DNA from: an uncultured archaeon
Lineage (GTDB): Archaea; Aenigmatarchaeota; Aenigmatarchaeia; QMZP01
DNA length: 64,000 nt
Direction: 5' to 3'
NCBI GenBank assembly: GCA_964498245.1
Contig: CAZCGK010000001.1
Location: forward strand, 36,581-100,580
Below the pieces are notes generated by a model. The model was not told the origin of the DNA. It saw only the letters and a list, made by a program, of their open reading frames with translations, and did no database searches. The translations under genes were made by a program, and so were the position numbers. Positions 1-10,186 of the stretch are shown here, piece by piece. The number at the start of each line of letters is the position of its first letter. Position 1 is the stretch's first letter.

Positions 1-1
1 A

Positions 2-3000
2 GGCTGTAGAAACACCTGTTACAAATTCTGCAACATCCCGTCCTGTCCAAGGCTGACCTTTATATTCCTCATCAAAGAAGGGAAGAGCCTCTATCTTTGG
101 GAATCCCAGCATACCCCATACTCCGATGAATACTGAGGTTATGGTAGCTATCATGGAAAGCCAAACAAACTTTTTCACCATGTCCAGACATCTTTCATAC
201 CAGTCCATTAAAGAATTCGCTATATCCAGTGTTTCGTAAAGGGTTTTTCTTATTTCCTTTACGGATGATGTTACTATGTCATACATGCTTTCATATTCTT
301 GAATGGTTGTTATTGGCGGAAGTTGTGCTATTAGTTCTCTCGTGAGGGTTTTTCCCGTTTTTCCATCACGGTATGAAATGAAGAAGGACACGGAATTGTT
401 AATGTAAATGAAACGGTTGTTGGGTGGGTGGACAGAGCATTTTGATTCCTTTGGAACAAACATTGTACAGTTAAAGGTTATGCCTATGTTCTCATCACCT
501 TTCTTTTCACAGAATATATCTGCCAGATTATTTCCGATCTTTCCGTAAACCTCTTCCACACGGAAATTGTAAGGTGTGTTTTCTATATGTGCCTTCACAT
601 TGAGTCTGTTCCTTGTTTCACAGGTCTTAAAGGTAACCGGTGAGGCTGGAGAATCTATAACAAGCTTTATATCATTTTCCTTAATGCATGTTCCATACGG
701 GTCAAGTGTTGGGTCATAATTACAGAATTCCCCGGCAGGACAACCACAATCTATACAGCAGTTTTCGCTGTTTTCACCAAACTCGGTTTCACATCCATAT
801 TCACCGCAATGGAAGATGGGTGTGAGGGTTATGGCTGGAAGTTTTGCAGAAAGTTCCATGGTCCTGGTTCTGCTTCCATCTGGGAAGCTTATAGTGAAGT
901 TCAGGTGGTTATCATCGAATATTATGCCTGAGGATTCGCAATCCGGTTGCTCTGGTACGAGTACTGTACAGTTGAATAATCCGCTACCTGGGTGCTTCTC
1001 CTTGCAGGTTATTGCCGTTCCCGTTTCCCCACCAAGCTGATATGAGTAAAAATCAAGATGCAATCCTGTGGGTGGATTATGTATTTTTGCAAGTATGCTG
1101 ATTTCATGTTCTTTAAGACAATCCTCAAGTTCAACAGGGTTTACGGATTCTATAGAAAGTTTTATTCCGTCGATTGGTCTGCATTCCCCTATACTGTCAC
1201 AGTATTCATCATCAGAATAGCACCCTGCATCCTGACAGCATGTTTCCGGTGTTTCTCCAGAATCTATTTTACCATCTCCGCATAGTTTGGATGGAATGGT
1301 TATTGGATAAAATCCCTCTGAAACAGAAAGTGTCTTTGTTTTCTTCACTGCTCCATCACTGTAAGTTATCTGGAATATGAGTGTGTTTGGTTCAAATTTA
1401 TAATTGAGGTCCGGGCTGTAATTTGTTATGGAGAAGGGGATTGAACAGTTGTATTCGAAATTTTCTGTGGGCTCTGAACATATGGGTGTTCCTGGAGAGA
1501 CCTCACCATTTGTAAGATTCAGCTGGGCGCTGGCGCTTATAAGTACGGTATCAGTTGGTGGATTAAATATCTTTGCAGTAACGTTTATCATGTCTCCGGG
1601 TTGATAATCCTTTAGATAGGATGTTAGATAAATTATACCGAGAGAAATGGCATCTTCGGATTCGCATTCGTGCGTTCCTATATCGCAGTACAATCCTTCC
1701 CCACAGACACAATCATAATTCCATACAATAGAGGAGGAAGGTTGTGAGAGTTCTTTTGTTTCCTGATTCGGACCGTTAAAATAGGTTATTGTTAGTGTTA
1801 TATCCCTTATTTCAGAAGTTTTGCTACCCTTACCGCAACTTACCGGGGGTGAAAGCATGACAGGACATTCATAGGTAGAGGGAGAGCTCTTTGAACATGT
1901 AGAGAGGTATTGGGTATCATCTATTGAAAATGTTGCCTCTGCTGTATCTGATAGTGTGGCGGGAGCATTATTGATTTTCATTGGTATTCTGATCTCGGTC
2001 TGTGAAAGGCAGTTGTCAATCTGAACGGTTACAGGAGGCACTTCTAAGTTCATATCTGCAAGAGCCCTGCATGTGCCTGTGCTTGGTGTGTCTGGACTGG
2101 CATCACAGTATAATCCTTCTTCACAACCACAGTCATAACAGCAGTTTGCGGATGTTTCTCCCTTTGAAAGCTCACATTCACCGTTTCCACATGTGTAAAA
2201 TGGATTAAGGTTAAGTACCACAGGTGATATTATTTTGTCTGAATATTCTGGGAAGAGAAAGTAATAATCTTTGTTTATTGTGTCTATGGTATTTGATTCT
2301 GTAATTGCTGAGGTTGGTTGTGGTGGTGAGGATTCGAGTTCGCTTTGGGAACCACCGATGGCGTATATTTTATCGGCGTTTAAGAGCACAACTTTTTCCA
2401 GCCAGTTAAAGGGTATCATTCCAAAGTTTTCTATATACATTATTATTGGCTGAATATATTCTTCTGCTTTGGAATAAAGATTTACAGAATCAATTTCATC
2501 TTCGGATGTTATGAATATATTATAATCCCTTCTTTCTATTCTTTCCAGGATCCCGGTCCAACTTGAGGTTTCATATGGTCCTTCTAGTTTTACCAATATC
2601 ATGAGATTTGCTACTTCTGGGTACCTTTCTGCGCCTTCTCTCTGAGAGATATCATCCCACGAGTATTCAACATCTGCAAAGGTGTCGTATTCTTCAGGTT
2701 CTAACTGAGAGCACGTAACAGGGTCCAGAACCTTACATTTGTAGATATATATTTTCTTTATGGTATGGGAGAGGCTTGCACTGTTTATTGTAACCCTTAT
2801 TTTTATCTTTGACCAGGAAATGTCACTTGGGTCTCTTACAACCATGACTGCTGTATTGATCATATCCTTAAAGCTGTATTCTATGCTTGCCTGAATTTCA
2901 TCATTGTATATCACTCTAAAAGTGGTTGCTGAAACTATACTCAAATTTAAGAGCATGCAGGAAACCATTACTGCAGTGATCTGTAGGCAAAGCATCCTTG

Positions 3001-3007
3001 CATTCAT
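2..3007 (-). CDS. Large secreted Cys-rich modular protein (>1000 aa, 3'-partial, runs off window)
   Basis: Hand translation from ATG at 3007 (overlaps upstream stop, ATGA): MNARMLCLQITAVMVSCMLLNLSIVSA (signal-peptide-like), open to base 2. Repeated CGxGxC..GE...CCxDCGC modules; hydrophobic segment FVWLSMIATITSVFIGVWGMLGF near the window edge. Not in the ORF track. Confidence 0.85.
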   Translation of the reverse strand, partial: MNARMLCLQITAVMVSCMLLNLSIVSATTFRVIYNDEIQASIEYSFKDMINTAVMVVRDPSDISWSKIKIRVTINSASLSHTIKKIYIYKCKVLDPVTCSQLEPEEYDTFADVEYSWDDISQREGAERYPEVANLMILVKLEGPYETSSWTGILERIERRDYNIFITSEDEIDSVNLYSKAEEYIQPIIMYIENFGMIPFNWLEKVVLLNADKIYAIGGSQSELESSPPQPTSAITESNTIDTINKDYYFLFPEYSDKIISPVVLNLNPFYTCGNGECELSKGETSANCCYDCGCEEGLYCDASPDTPSTGTCRALADMNLEVPPVTVQIDNCLSQTEIRIPMKINNAPATLSDTAEATFSIDDTQYLSTCSKSSPSTYECPVMLSPPVSCGKGSKTSEIRDITLTITYFNGPNQETKELSQPSSSIVWNYDCVCGEGLYCDIGTHECESEDAISLGIIYLTSYLKDYQPGDMINVTAKIFNPPTDTVLISASAQLNLTNGEVSPGTPICSEPTENFEYNCSIPFSITNYSPDLNYKFEPNTLIFQITYSDGAVKKTKTLSVSEGFYPITIPSKLCGDGKIDSGETPETCCQDAGCYSDDEYCDSIGECRPIDGIKLSIESVNPVELEDCLKEHEISILAKIHNPPTGLHLDFYSYQLGGETGTAITCKEKHPGSGLFNCTVLVPEQPDCESSGIIFDDNHLNFTISFPDGSRTRTMELSAKLPAITLTPIFHCGEYGCETEFGENSENCCIDCGCPAGEFCNYDPTLDPYGTCIKENDIKLVIDSPASPVTFKTCETRNRLNVKAHIENTPYNFRVEEVYGKIGNNLADIFCEKKGDENIGITFNCTMFVPKESKCSVHPPNNRFIYINNSVSFFISYRDGKTGKTLTRELIAQLPPITTIQEYESMYDIVTSSVKEIRKTLYETLDIANSLMDWYERCLDMVKKFVWLSMIATITSVFIGVWGMLGFPKIEALPFFDEEYKGQPWTGRDVAEFVTGVSTA

Positions 3008-4863
3008 TCACTAATCACCTCATCATAAGTTCTTGTACATCCTTCATAGTTGAGATAATCAATGGGTTTTTCAGATACAGGCCCGAGGTTACAGAGCATG
3101 AATAGATTGTTCAATTTCATCATTTCTCCAACCCTTTCTTCCGATTTTTCTATTTCCTTGAAATATTCACCATAGGGCAGATATATGTACAGATCTCCTC
3201 CATCCATATCTTCTGTTATTGTTAAAGGTGTTATGAGTCCACCAGATGCTTTCAGATTATCTACAAGAGTTATATAGACAATGTAATTGCCTACCGGTAT
3301 TCGCGTTATTCGAGCTATGTTTTTATTGAATATTCTGTGATAGATTTTACCTTCATTTACATTGAGGAAATCCATATAAACTATTTCGTTGGTATGTTTA
3401 TCATTCAAAGTATAAACTTCATAAGCAGGTATGGTATAGGTTTGTGAAATAGTGTTGTTGGTGACAAGAGCCTCGAAAAAGTGGAGGTTTATCACAGGTG
3501 TTCTTTTCAAAACTACCTTCATTCCAGCAAGTCTGTTCGATCCCGTGAGGTTGAAATAACGTGCAAAGCCCCTTTTGTAGATTTCGAGAGATCCTATTCC
3601 ACAAGGTGCTTGAGCAAAAACTTTTCCAGAAGAATCTGTTTCACCAAGGCTGCAACCCATAAAGCTCACCAAAGCTTCTCTTACTGGTCTGTTCTCAGTA
3701 TCGACTACGGTTATATCAGCTATGCAGTGGCTCGCTGAGCATAACTCTGAGTGTAATGATTGTTGTAGTGTGATTTGTCCTGTAGAAAGGTCGGGTGGTG
3801 TGTTATTGATTATATAGACTTGTGTTGCAAAATTCAAACTCTTTCTCGATTCTGGATCCTGTACGGTAACTATAGCAGGATAGCTCAGAGAGTATCTTAC
3901 GTATATTGGTTTGGATTGACACTTTCCGATAAATGGTATGGGTTCTGCGTATGCAACGATGGGCTCTGGTGTGAATGAAAATGTAAAGGAATCGAGTTCG
4001 AAATCATCCGGAAGGAAGAACTTTACATCAAGGTCTGAATATGTTTTTCCATTGTATCTCAGTAAAGAAAATTTGGGCGATGCGCTTATGTTCATCGTAT
4101 GAAGCGGGACTTTTTCAGGCATATAGATATTTTCTAAAGTTCTTCTTATAGCATCTTCAACCTTGGGTTTTATATCACTCCATGTTCTTATATAGAAATC
4201 ACCGCATTCTGTAAGAAAGACAAAAAACGGTATCTCGTTTACACCATCATCAATTGGGGAAACCACCATCGTTGTAAGAGTTGAGTATTCAAGAAAGTGT
4301 CTTTTAAGAGAGTCTTTCAGAAAACTCTCGGAAAACTCTATCATCTCTTTAAGCTTCATTGGAACAGAAACTGTGTAAGGTTGAGGAACCGGATAATCTT
4401 TTGCAACTGTTGGCATGTTCACAACTGCTTCAACCCTGTCATCGAGAATATTTACAGCGATAACCTGGGGGTCTCCTAGTGAAGTGAGTATGCCCTCAGC
4501 AGAAGCCGTACTGAAGAATTTATCTTTATGTTCTCTCAAATATTCTTGCAAGGCGTTCTTTATGTTTTCTCTTATATCCGGTATAACAACCCTTCCCTCA
4601 TATTGCCAGTAAGGAACATCCTTTCCGTTAAGCCTTACAGAGCCTAAAGGAAAAGCCTCAGGATTTGCATATCCACCGTGCGCGGTTATATTATTTAACA
4701 CATCGGATAAGGACGCCTTCAAAAAACCTTCAACTGTTGATTTTGCAACTCTTACATCAGGGGACTCTACCGGGAAAAAGGTATTCCACTGGGTGGCTAT
4801 TACAATCATTATCACGATAAAAAGAGCTATTATTATCACAACTTCTGTTTGAGCTTTTTTCAT
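3004..4863 (-). CDS. Large pilin-like protein with class III signal peptide and C-terminal beta-sandwich (carboxypeptidase-regulatory-like) region
   Basis: MKKA/QTEVVIIIALF N-terminus; ITVVDTENRPVREALV..GETDSSG motif. Confidence 0.7.
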   Translation of the reverse strand: MKKAQTEVVIIIALFIVIMIVIATQWNTFFPVESPDVRVAKSTVEGFLKASLSDVLNNITAHGGYANPEAFPLGSVRLNGKDVPYWQYEGRVVIPDIRENIKNALQEYLREHKDKFFSTASAEGILTSLGDPQVIAVNILDDRVEAVVNMPTVAKDYPVPQPYTVSVPMKLKEMIEFSESFLKDSLKRHFLEYSTLTTMVVSPIDDGVNEIPFFVFLTECGDFYIRTWSDIKPKVEDAIRRTLENIYMPEKVPLHTMNISASPKFSLLRYNGKTYSDLDVKFFLPDDFELDSFTFSFTPEPIVAYAEPIPFIGKCQSKPIYVRYSLSYPAIVTVQDPESRKSLNFATQVYIINNTPPDLSTGQITLQQSLHSELCSASHCIADITVVDTENRPVREALVSFMGCSLGETDSSGKVFAQAPCGIGSLEIYKRGFARYFNLTGSNRLAGMKVVLKRTPVINLHFFEALVTNNTISQTYTIPAYEVYTLNDKHTNEIVYMDFLNVNEGKIYHRIFNKNIARITRIPVGNYIVYITLVDNLKASGGLITPLTITEDMDGGDLYIYLPYGEYFKEIEKSEERVGEMMKLNNLFMLCNLGPVSEKPIDYLNYEGCTRTYDEVISE

Positions 4864-4898
4864 AATATTTTTATTTTGTTTTGGAGGTTTTTATATTA

Positions 4899-5417
4899 TT
4901 ATTTCTGAGTTGCAAAGGATACGATGAGCTTTGCTTCTAAAAGATATTCTGTTCCATGATATAATTTTTCAATTATTGTGTTGGCAACCCTTTTGGGGAT
5001 TCTCCTCTCCCTTTCAAGAGAAGGATCTCCAAACTCCAGTTTTAATGCTCCCTTTCCATGAAGAGGTATCCATTCTGAGGATGCAGACCTTACGGTAAAG
5101 AAATATCTCATGTTCTCGTTTATCAATCCCATATATTTTTTCAGGGTTTCGTTTGCAAGTTCCAAGCATGGTTTTGGAGAACCCCTGCACACATAGCTTG
5201 GTGTTAGGAATGCACAGGTTATGAGGTCTGAAACGGTCTCGCACCTGTCTCCGTATCCTGTGTTTGTTTTGAGCACGGAGAGAAGCAGGTTATTTACATA
5301 CAAATCGCTGTATTCTTCTCTTATTACGGTAGAGGAAAGCGAGAGAAGAATTGTTATCAGGCCTAGGAATATCAAAAGCACAACAATCAGCAATATCATG
5401 CTTGTTTGTGCCCTCAT
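4899..5417 (-). CDS. Type IV pilin-like protein
   Basis: MRA/QTSMILLIVVLLIF class III-like signal peptide; in pilin cluster. Confidence 0.7.
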   Translation of the reverse strand: MRAQTSMILLIVVLLIFLGLITILLSLSSTVIREEYSDLYVNNLLLSVLKTNTGYGDRCETVSDLITCAFLTPSYVCRGSPKPCLELANETLKKYMGLINENMRYFFTVRSASSEWIPLHGKGALKLEFGDPSLERERRIPKRVANTIIEKLYHGTEYLLEAKLIVSFATQK

Positions 5418-5926
5418 TCATATACACCTACTGTAAGGAGTGCAAGATCGTATTTTTGGGTTATATGTCTGTAAACGTTGACAGGAAAAGTGTAAATATA
5501 TCTTGTAATTCTTTCTTTTTCCAGAGATTTCGATTTACAAAAGCTCCAGTAATTGCAATCAGGGTATACAAACTCTGTGCATTCGTTTTCTTCCTCTCCA
5601 TCAGCAATTTTCACTTCAAAATACCAGTTGCTTCCAAAAATTTTGTTAAGCTCTCTGCATATATCCTTTCCGGAGCTTTCAAGTCTTTTCATGCCCGTGA
5701 GTAATGAATCATCAAATGCAAACCTTTCTTTCACGAAGAATGGAGAAACCATAAGATGCTTTGCAAGGAACAGTGCTCTATCGTCCATTGATCTTGTGCG
5801 TTCAGTGCCTATATGCATAACATTCCACCATCCTAAAAAAAGGACAAGCAGAGCTATTACAAATATCACAAAAAAGGTCATGAATATGTATTCCATTATT
5901 CCTGCTTGTGATTTCATTTCATTCAC
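5414..5926 (-). CDS. Type IV pilin-like protein
   Basis: MKS/QAGIMEYIFMTFFVIF N-terminus; overlaps neighbours. Confidence 0.7.
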   Translation of the reverse strand: MNEMKSQAGIMEYIFMTFFVIFVIALLVLFLGWWNVMHIGTERTRSMDDRALFLAKHLMVSPFFVKERFAFDDSLLTGMKRLESSGKDICRELNKIFGSNWYFEVKIADGEEENECTEFVYPDCNYWSFCKSKSLEKERITRYIYTFPVNVYRHITQKYDLALLTVGVYE

Positions 5927-7067
5927 ACCCGTTCTTTATAAGGTCTGCATATATGGATTTTGATTCCTCTAGGGCAAGTTTTAACATTTCCATCTCCCCA
6001 TATTTTGTATAGTCATTTCCCGTATGCTTCATAACATTTCCAAGTTTTGAGTACAGCTGATTATAAAGAGGATAACATCTGCAGTAGATGCTCTCGGGAT
6101 TGTGCTGAGGATCGCATCTTTTTTGATATTCTGATCTGAGAATGTATGATTTTTCTCTTACAAATTCAGCAGCGATGGCAAGATTTTTGAGCAGAAGTGT
6201 GTTTTTGAAATGGTAAAGTTTTTCGCCTGAAGATTTTCCTAATATGTCTTCTTCATTTCCTCCTATAATGAGTGCTAGAATGTCTACAGGGTCTTTGTAT
6301 ACAAAAATATCCTGAGATCTTGGTGTATATATATAGCCCATTTCAGGAGAGACGGGTTTTACGCATATTCCCTGTGAAATCCTCGCCTGTCTACAGGATT
6401 GAGATACAGTTACTAGGATATAGTTTTTTTCCAGTGCGGTATTACATGGTGAAGCTTTTGCTCTGTAGAAATCCAAGACTTTGAGAAATGCTTCCCTTTC
6501 GCAGGGTTTTCCGCCACATATGTTTTCCAGAAGGGTATTACCGTCGCAGAATCCAAAGGTGATTTTCACATGGAAATTTTGAGTATCGGGAAATATTCTT
6601 GTCAGGTTTTTCATAATATTCCATGTTTTATCTTCTATATCCTCTGGAATAAAAATCACATGCATCTCTGGAAGTGCTGTTATGAAACGGAATCTCCACC
6701 AACCATAATCGATTTCCTCAGCATCAATTATTGATTCTTTTCTGTCCTCAAAATGAGGAAATATGGGAAGAGATACTGGAGAAATCTCTCCGAAATCGCA
6801 TTTAATAGCAGGAGGCTCGGGTTCATTCCAAGCAATTTCGCAGGAGGAGAAATCAAACATTTTTGTGTCATTGAAAACAACAGGATTACCTGAAAAATAA
6901 ACGCTTTCTGAGGTTTTCTTGAGGTTGTTTAGCACGGTTAAGCTTTGTTTGGTTTTTCCAAATGAAGAATAATCTGAAGCGTATTGAATGAGAAAGAATA
7001 AAATAAAACCTGAAAATATAATACCCAATACCAGCTGAAAAGCCTTATATACTGTTATCATTTTCAA
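5919..7067 (-). CDS. Pilin-cluster membrane-anchored Cys-containing protein
   Basis: N-terminal hydrophobic helix, several Cys pairs, overlapping start/stop within the pilin operon. Confidence 0.65.
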   Translation of the reverse strand: MKMITVYKAFQLVLGIIFSGFILFFLIQYASDYSSFGKTKQSLTVLNNLKKTSESVYFSGNPVVFNDTKMFDFSSCEIAWNEPEPPAIKCDFGEISPVSLPIFPHFEDRKESIIDAEEIDYGWWRFRFITALPEMHVIFIPEDIEDKTWNIMKNLTRIFPDTQNFHVKITFGFCDGNTLLENICGGKPCEREAFLKVLDFYRAKASPCNTALEKNYILVTVSQSCRQARISQGICVKPVSPEMGYIYTPRSQDIFVYKDPVDILALIIGGNEEDILGKSSGEKLYHFKNTLLLKNLAIAAEFVREKSYILRSEYQKRCDPQHNPESIYCRCYPLYNQLYSKLGNVMKHTGNDYTKYGEMEMLKLALEESKSIYADLIKNGCE

Positions 7068-7543
7068 TCACTTATCTTTTCCACCGAAACCCATTTTCCG
7101 ATATTTTCAAAATACAGTTCCGAACCAGGACCTGCACAGAAATTTTCTTCAGGTAGTATTCTGAGATAGTTTACATGATACCCGCTTTCACCTCCGCAAA
7201 ACGTTATCCACAAGGTGTAATCATTTTCCTTTATCAGGTTTTCATATACAGGGTCGGGTATCCAGTCTCCTGCAAGATTAGGTCTGGGATCTGAGCTGTT
7301 TACAAAACATATTTTTGTATTTTCTGGTATGTTCAGTGTATACACTTCACTAAAGCCCTTTGATTTTGGATAGACTTGATTCTCAACAAGATTTTTTATC
7401 TCTTTTACAGTTTTCTGAATCTGGGCATTTTCACCGGTGCAGAATATATTCATGATGACATTAAAACCGAAAAATATAACAAAGGATATAACTACTATCG
7501 CAAAAATAAGTGCAAATACCATACCTACACTCATGGCTTTCAT
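7064..7543 (-). CDS. Type IV pilin-like protein
   Basis: Probable start MKA/MSVGMVFALIFAIVV at 7543 (ORF track starts at 7588). Confidence 0.7.
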   Translation of the reverse strand: MKAMSVGMVFALIFAIVVISFVIFFGFNVIMNIFCTGENAQIQKTVKEIKNLVENQVYPKSKGFSEVYTLNIPENTKICFVNSSDPRPNLAGDWIPDPVYENLIKENDYTLWITFCGGESGYHVNYLRILPEENFCAGPGSELYFENIGKWVSVEKISD

Positions 7544-7580
7544 TTTCTCACTAAATTCTTTTTGATTTTGAAGAATTAAA

Positions 7581-8186
7581 TTATTCAACTATTTCTATTG
7601 CAAACGAAGCAGAACCATAGAGGCTGGAGGAAGGTGTGGAATATCCTATGGAAGGAGAGGTTGCATGACAATCATTTGCATCTCTATAATTTGTGCATAC
7701 AGCTGCTCTAAAGGAATATATTCCAGGAGGTGATGTAGGGCTTGGTTTGATTATTATATCCACTTTATCTCTTCCATTCGGTTCTATATCAATACTGGGA
7801 GGGGAAAGTGTTATCCATGATTTTACTTCGTCTTTTAATCTCGAAAGTTGAGAAGGATCGAGTCCTCCGCCTATTGCTTCGAGATAAACATTAACGTAAT
7901 ATGTATTGGATTTGTCTGTATCTTCATTTCTTATGCCTAAAGTATATGCACCTGTTTCTCCTTTTTTCCATTTTGTTACAGAAGGTGCAGCAATTCCAAC
8001 CCTTTTGTTCTGTGATGCAAGTTCTTGAAGGAGTTTCTGCATAGCGATATCGGTTGTTTTGTGGGTTATGGTGGAAAGGGGATCGAAAATACCTTGAAGC
8101 CATGTGAGGGATAAGCTCAACAAGATCACTGCAAACACAACAGCAACTATAAAACCCAAACTTAACTGAAACGCTCCCTTTTTCAT
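7581..8186 (-). CDS. Type IV pilin-like protein
   Basis: MKKG/AFQLSLGFIVAVVFAVILL class III signal peptide. Confidence 0.75.
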   Translation of the reverse strand: MKKGAFQLSLGFIVAVVFAVILLSLSLTWLQGIFDPLSTITHKTTDIAMQKLLQELASQNKRVGIAAPSVTKWKKGETGAYTLGIRNEDTDKSNTYYVNVYLEAIGGGLDPSQLSRLKDEVKSWITLSPPSIDIEPNGRDKVDIIIKPSPTSPPGIYSFRAAVCTNYRDANDCHATSPSIGYSTPSSSLYGSASFAIEIVE

Positions 8187-8232
8187 GAATAATAATTTGA
8201 TAGCAGATACTTATATATTTTAATCAAAATGG

Positions 8233-8649
8233 CTACATTATTCCAACATTTCTGTAAACACGATAATATTCTCTTGTTACCGTTTGATATCCACCGCTTC
8301 CAGATTTTATTTCCAAAGAAACAGTAACGGGCGCATCTTCCGGTGGAGTGTTGTTCCAGTTATCGCAATTTACAGAAAAATCTATATCTGTAACATATTC
8401 AAAGGATCCGTAGGTGTCTGCAAGAAAGGTTTTCAATTCTTTAAGTCTTGTTTTGAACTCTTCACAGTTTTCTGCAGAAGTGAGGGTCTGATTTGTTACA
8501 TCTTTTAGGTTGTTAAGGAGATAAAGATCATTATTGCTTAAAGTTTCTGAAGCGTCCATTGTGGAGTACGCTAAAAGCAAAATCTGCACTGCTGAAATCA
8601 TCCCCGCCAAAAAAATCATCGTCACTATAAACATCTGTGCTTTCCTCAT
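8233..8649 (-). CDS. Type IV pilin-like protein
   Basis: Probable start MRKA/QMFIVTMIF at 8649 (ORF track starts at 8700). Confidence 0.65.
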   Translation of the reverse strand: MRKAQMFIVTMIFLAGMISAVQILLLAYSTMDASETLSNNDLYLLNNLKDVTNQTLTSAENCEEFKTRLKELKTFLADTYGSFEYVTDIDFSVNCDNWNNTPPEDAPVTVSLEIKSGSGGYQTVTREYYRVYRNVGIM

Positions 8650-8702
8650 AATCTGTTTTTGTTCCTCAAGAAATAAAAAACCTCTTCGTATTTTAATCAA
8701 GT

Positions 8703-9896
8703 ATGAGTTTCGAAAGGTATGTTAACGAGGAGGTTATTCAGATAGCAAGAGAGATAATTGCACATAGAGAAAGCATATGCGATCACTGTCTGGGAAGACA
8801 ATTCGCCCAGATAGGACACGGTTTTACAAATGCAAAAAGGGGAAGGATTATAAGAAAAATTACAGGCCTGAAGAAAAAACCCGGTTCATGCCCGGTTTGC
8901 AGGGATTTTTTCAAGAACCTTGAAAGGCTTTCAGAGAAAATTGCAGACGCGCTGAAGGGTTTCGAATTCAAAACGTTTGTTGTGGGAACGAAACTTGATG
9001 AGGATTTGATAAAAAGGGAGGAAGCATTATGGGAGGATGTGGGTATAAAATACTGTGAATCCATAAAATCGGAAATAAACAGGGAACTCGGTAAGCTTAT
9101 AGAGAAAAAAACTGGAAAAAAGGCTCACAGGGAAAATCCCGAAATCACCATAACCTTGAACACGGAAGGTATGGATTTCAAGATTGAGCCTGCGTCGCTC
9201 TATATCTATGGTAGGTACAAAAAGCTTGTAAGAGGTATCCCGCAGACCAAATGGGATAAATATCCAGAAACTGTTGAAGATATCATAGCAGAACCCTTTA
9301 TGAAAGAGACTGAAGGAAAAGCACATTCTTTTCATGGAATGGGAAGGGAGGATATAGATGCTAGATGTCTTGATTGGAGACCGTTTGTGCTGGAAATAAA
9401 GAAACCGAAAAAGAGAAATATAAATTTGAGAAAAATGGAAAGAGAGGTTAACAAGTCAAAGAAAGTTAGAATCAGTGATTTGAGGTTCTCTAATAAAGAA
9501 GAAGTTGTTAAGCTTAAGGATGCAAGACCTGATAAAACCTATCGTGTTATTGTAGAGTTTGAAAAATCTTTAAATAAGGAAGATTTAGAAAAATTAAAAT
9601 CTCTTGTGGGTGAAATATACCAGAGAACGCCTACAAGGGTTTTGCACAGGAGAGCAGATGTCCTCAGAAAGAGAAAGGTGAAGGAGATAAGCTTCAGAAT
9701 GATAAACAATAAAAAACTTGAACTCGAAATAAAAGGTGAAGCAGGACTTTACATAAAAGAGCTTGTAACAGGGGATAATGGCAGAACAAGGCCATCGCTT
9801 GCAGAAATTATAGGAAAAAACCCGAAGGTATCGGAGCTGGATGTTATAAAGATACATTGGAAAGAAGGGGAGCGAAAAAATGGTAAGGATGAGTAA
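8703..9896 (+). CDS. pus10: tRNA pseudouridine(54/55) synthase Pus10
   Basis: CDHC/CPVC Zn sites, GRYKKLVRGIPQT, GREDIDAR catalytic motif, GLYIKELVTGD; synteny with L21e. Confidence 0.95.
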   Translation: MSFERYVNEEVIQIAREIIAHRESICDHCLGRQFAQIGHGFTNAKRGRIIRKITGLKKKPGSCPVCRDFFKNLERLSEKIADALKGFEFKTFVVGTKLDEDLIKREEALWEDVGIKYCESIKSEINRELGKLIEKKTGKKAHRENPEITITLNTEGMDFKIEPASLYIYGRYKKLVRGIPQTKWDKYPETVEDIIAEPFMKETEGKAHSFHGMGREDIDARCLDWRPFVLEIKKPKKRNINLRKMEREVNKSKKVRISDLRFSNKEEVVKLKDARPDKTYRVIVEFEKSLNKEDLEKLKSLVGEIYQRTPTRVLHRRADVLRKRKVKEISFRMINNKKLELEIKGEAGLYIKELVTGDNGRTRPSLAEIIGKNPKVSELDVIKIHWKEGERKNGKDE

Positions 9897-10167
9897 AGGG
9901 TTTAGGTCTGGAACAAGAAATAAACTCTCGAAAAGCAAGAGAGAAAAGTTTACTGTGGAGAGGTATATAAGGAAATTTGAACCGAACCAAAGAGTTGTTA
10001 TACATCTTGATCCTTCCTCACACAAAGGAATGCCTCATCCGAGATTTAAGGGCCTGATAGGGGTTGTAAAGGAAAGGAGGGGAAGGGCGTACATTGTAAG
10101 TGTAAAAACCGGTAGAAAGGAAAAAATGATTATAGCCAGACCAGAACATTTAAAACCTGCAGGATAA
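9880..10167 (+). CDS. rpl21e: 50S ribosomal protein L21e
   Basis: SKGFRSGTR...KGMPHPRFKG...RPEHLKP. Confidence 0.97.
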   Translation: MVRMSKGFRSGTRNKLSKSKREKFTVERYIRKFEPNQRVVIHLDPSSHKGMPHPRFKGLIGVVKERRGRAYIVSVKTGRKEKMIIARPEHLKPAG

Positions 10168-10186
10168 ATTAAAATGGGGGATAAAT

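Noticed and set aside
816..2453. Short plus-strand ORFs in the track
   Set aside because: Antisense shadows of the long minus-strand ORF 2-3007
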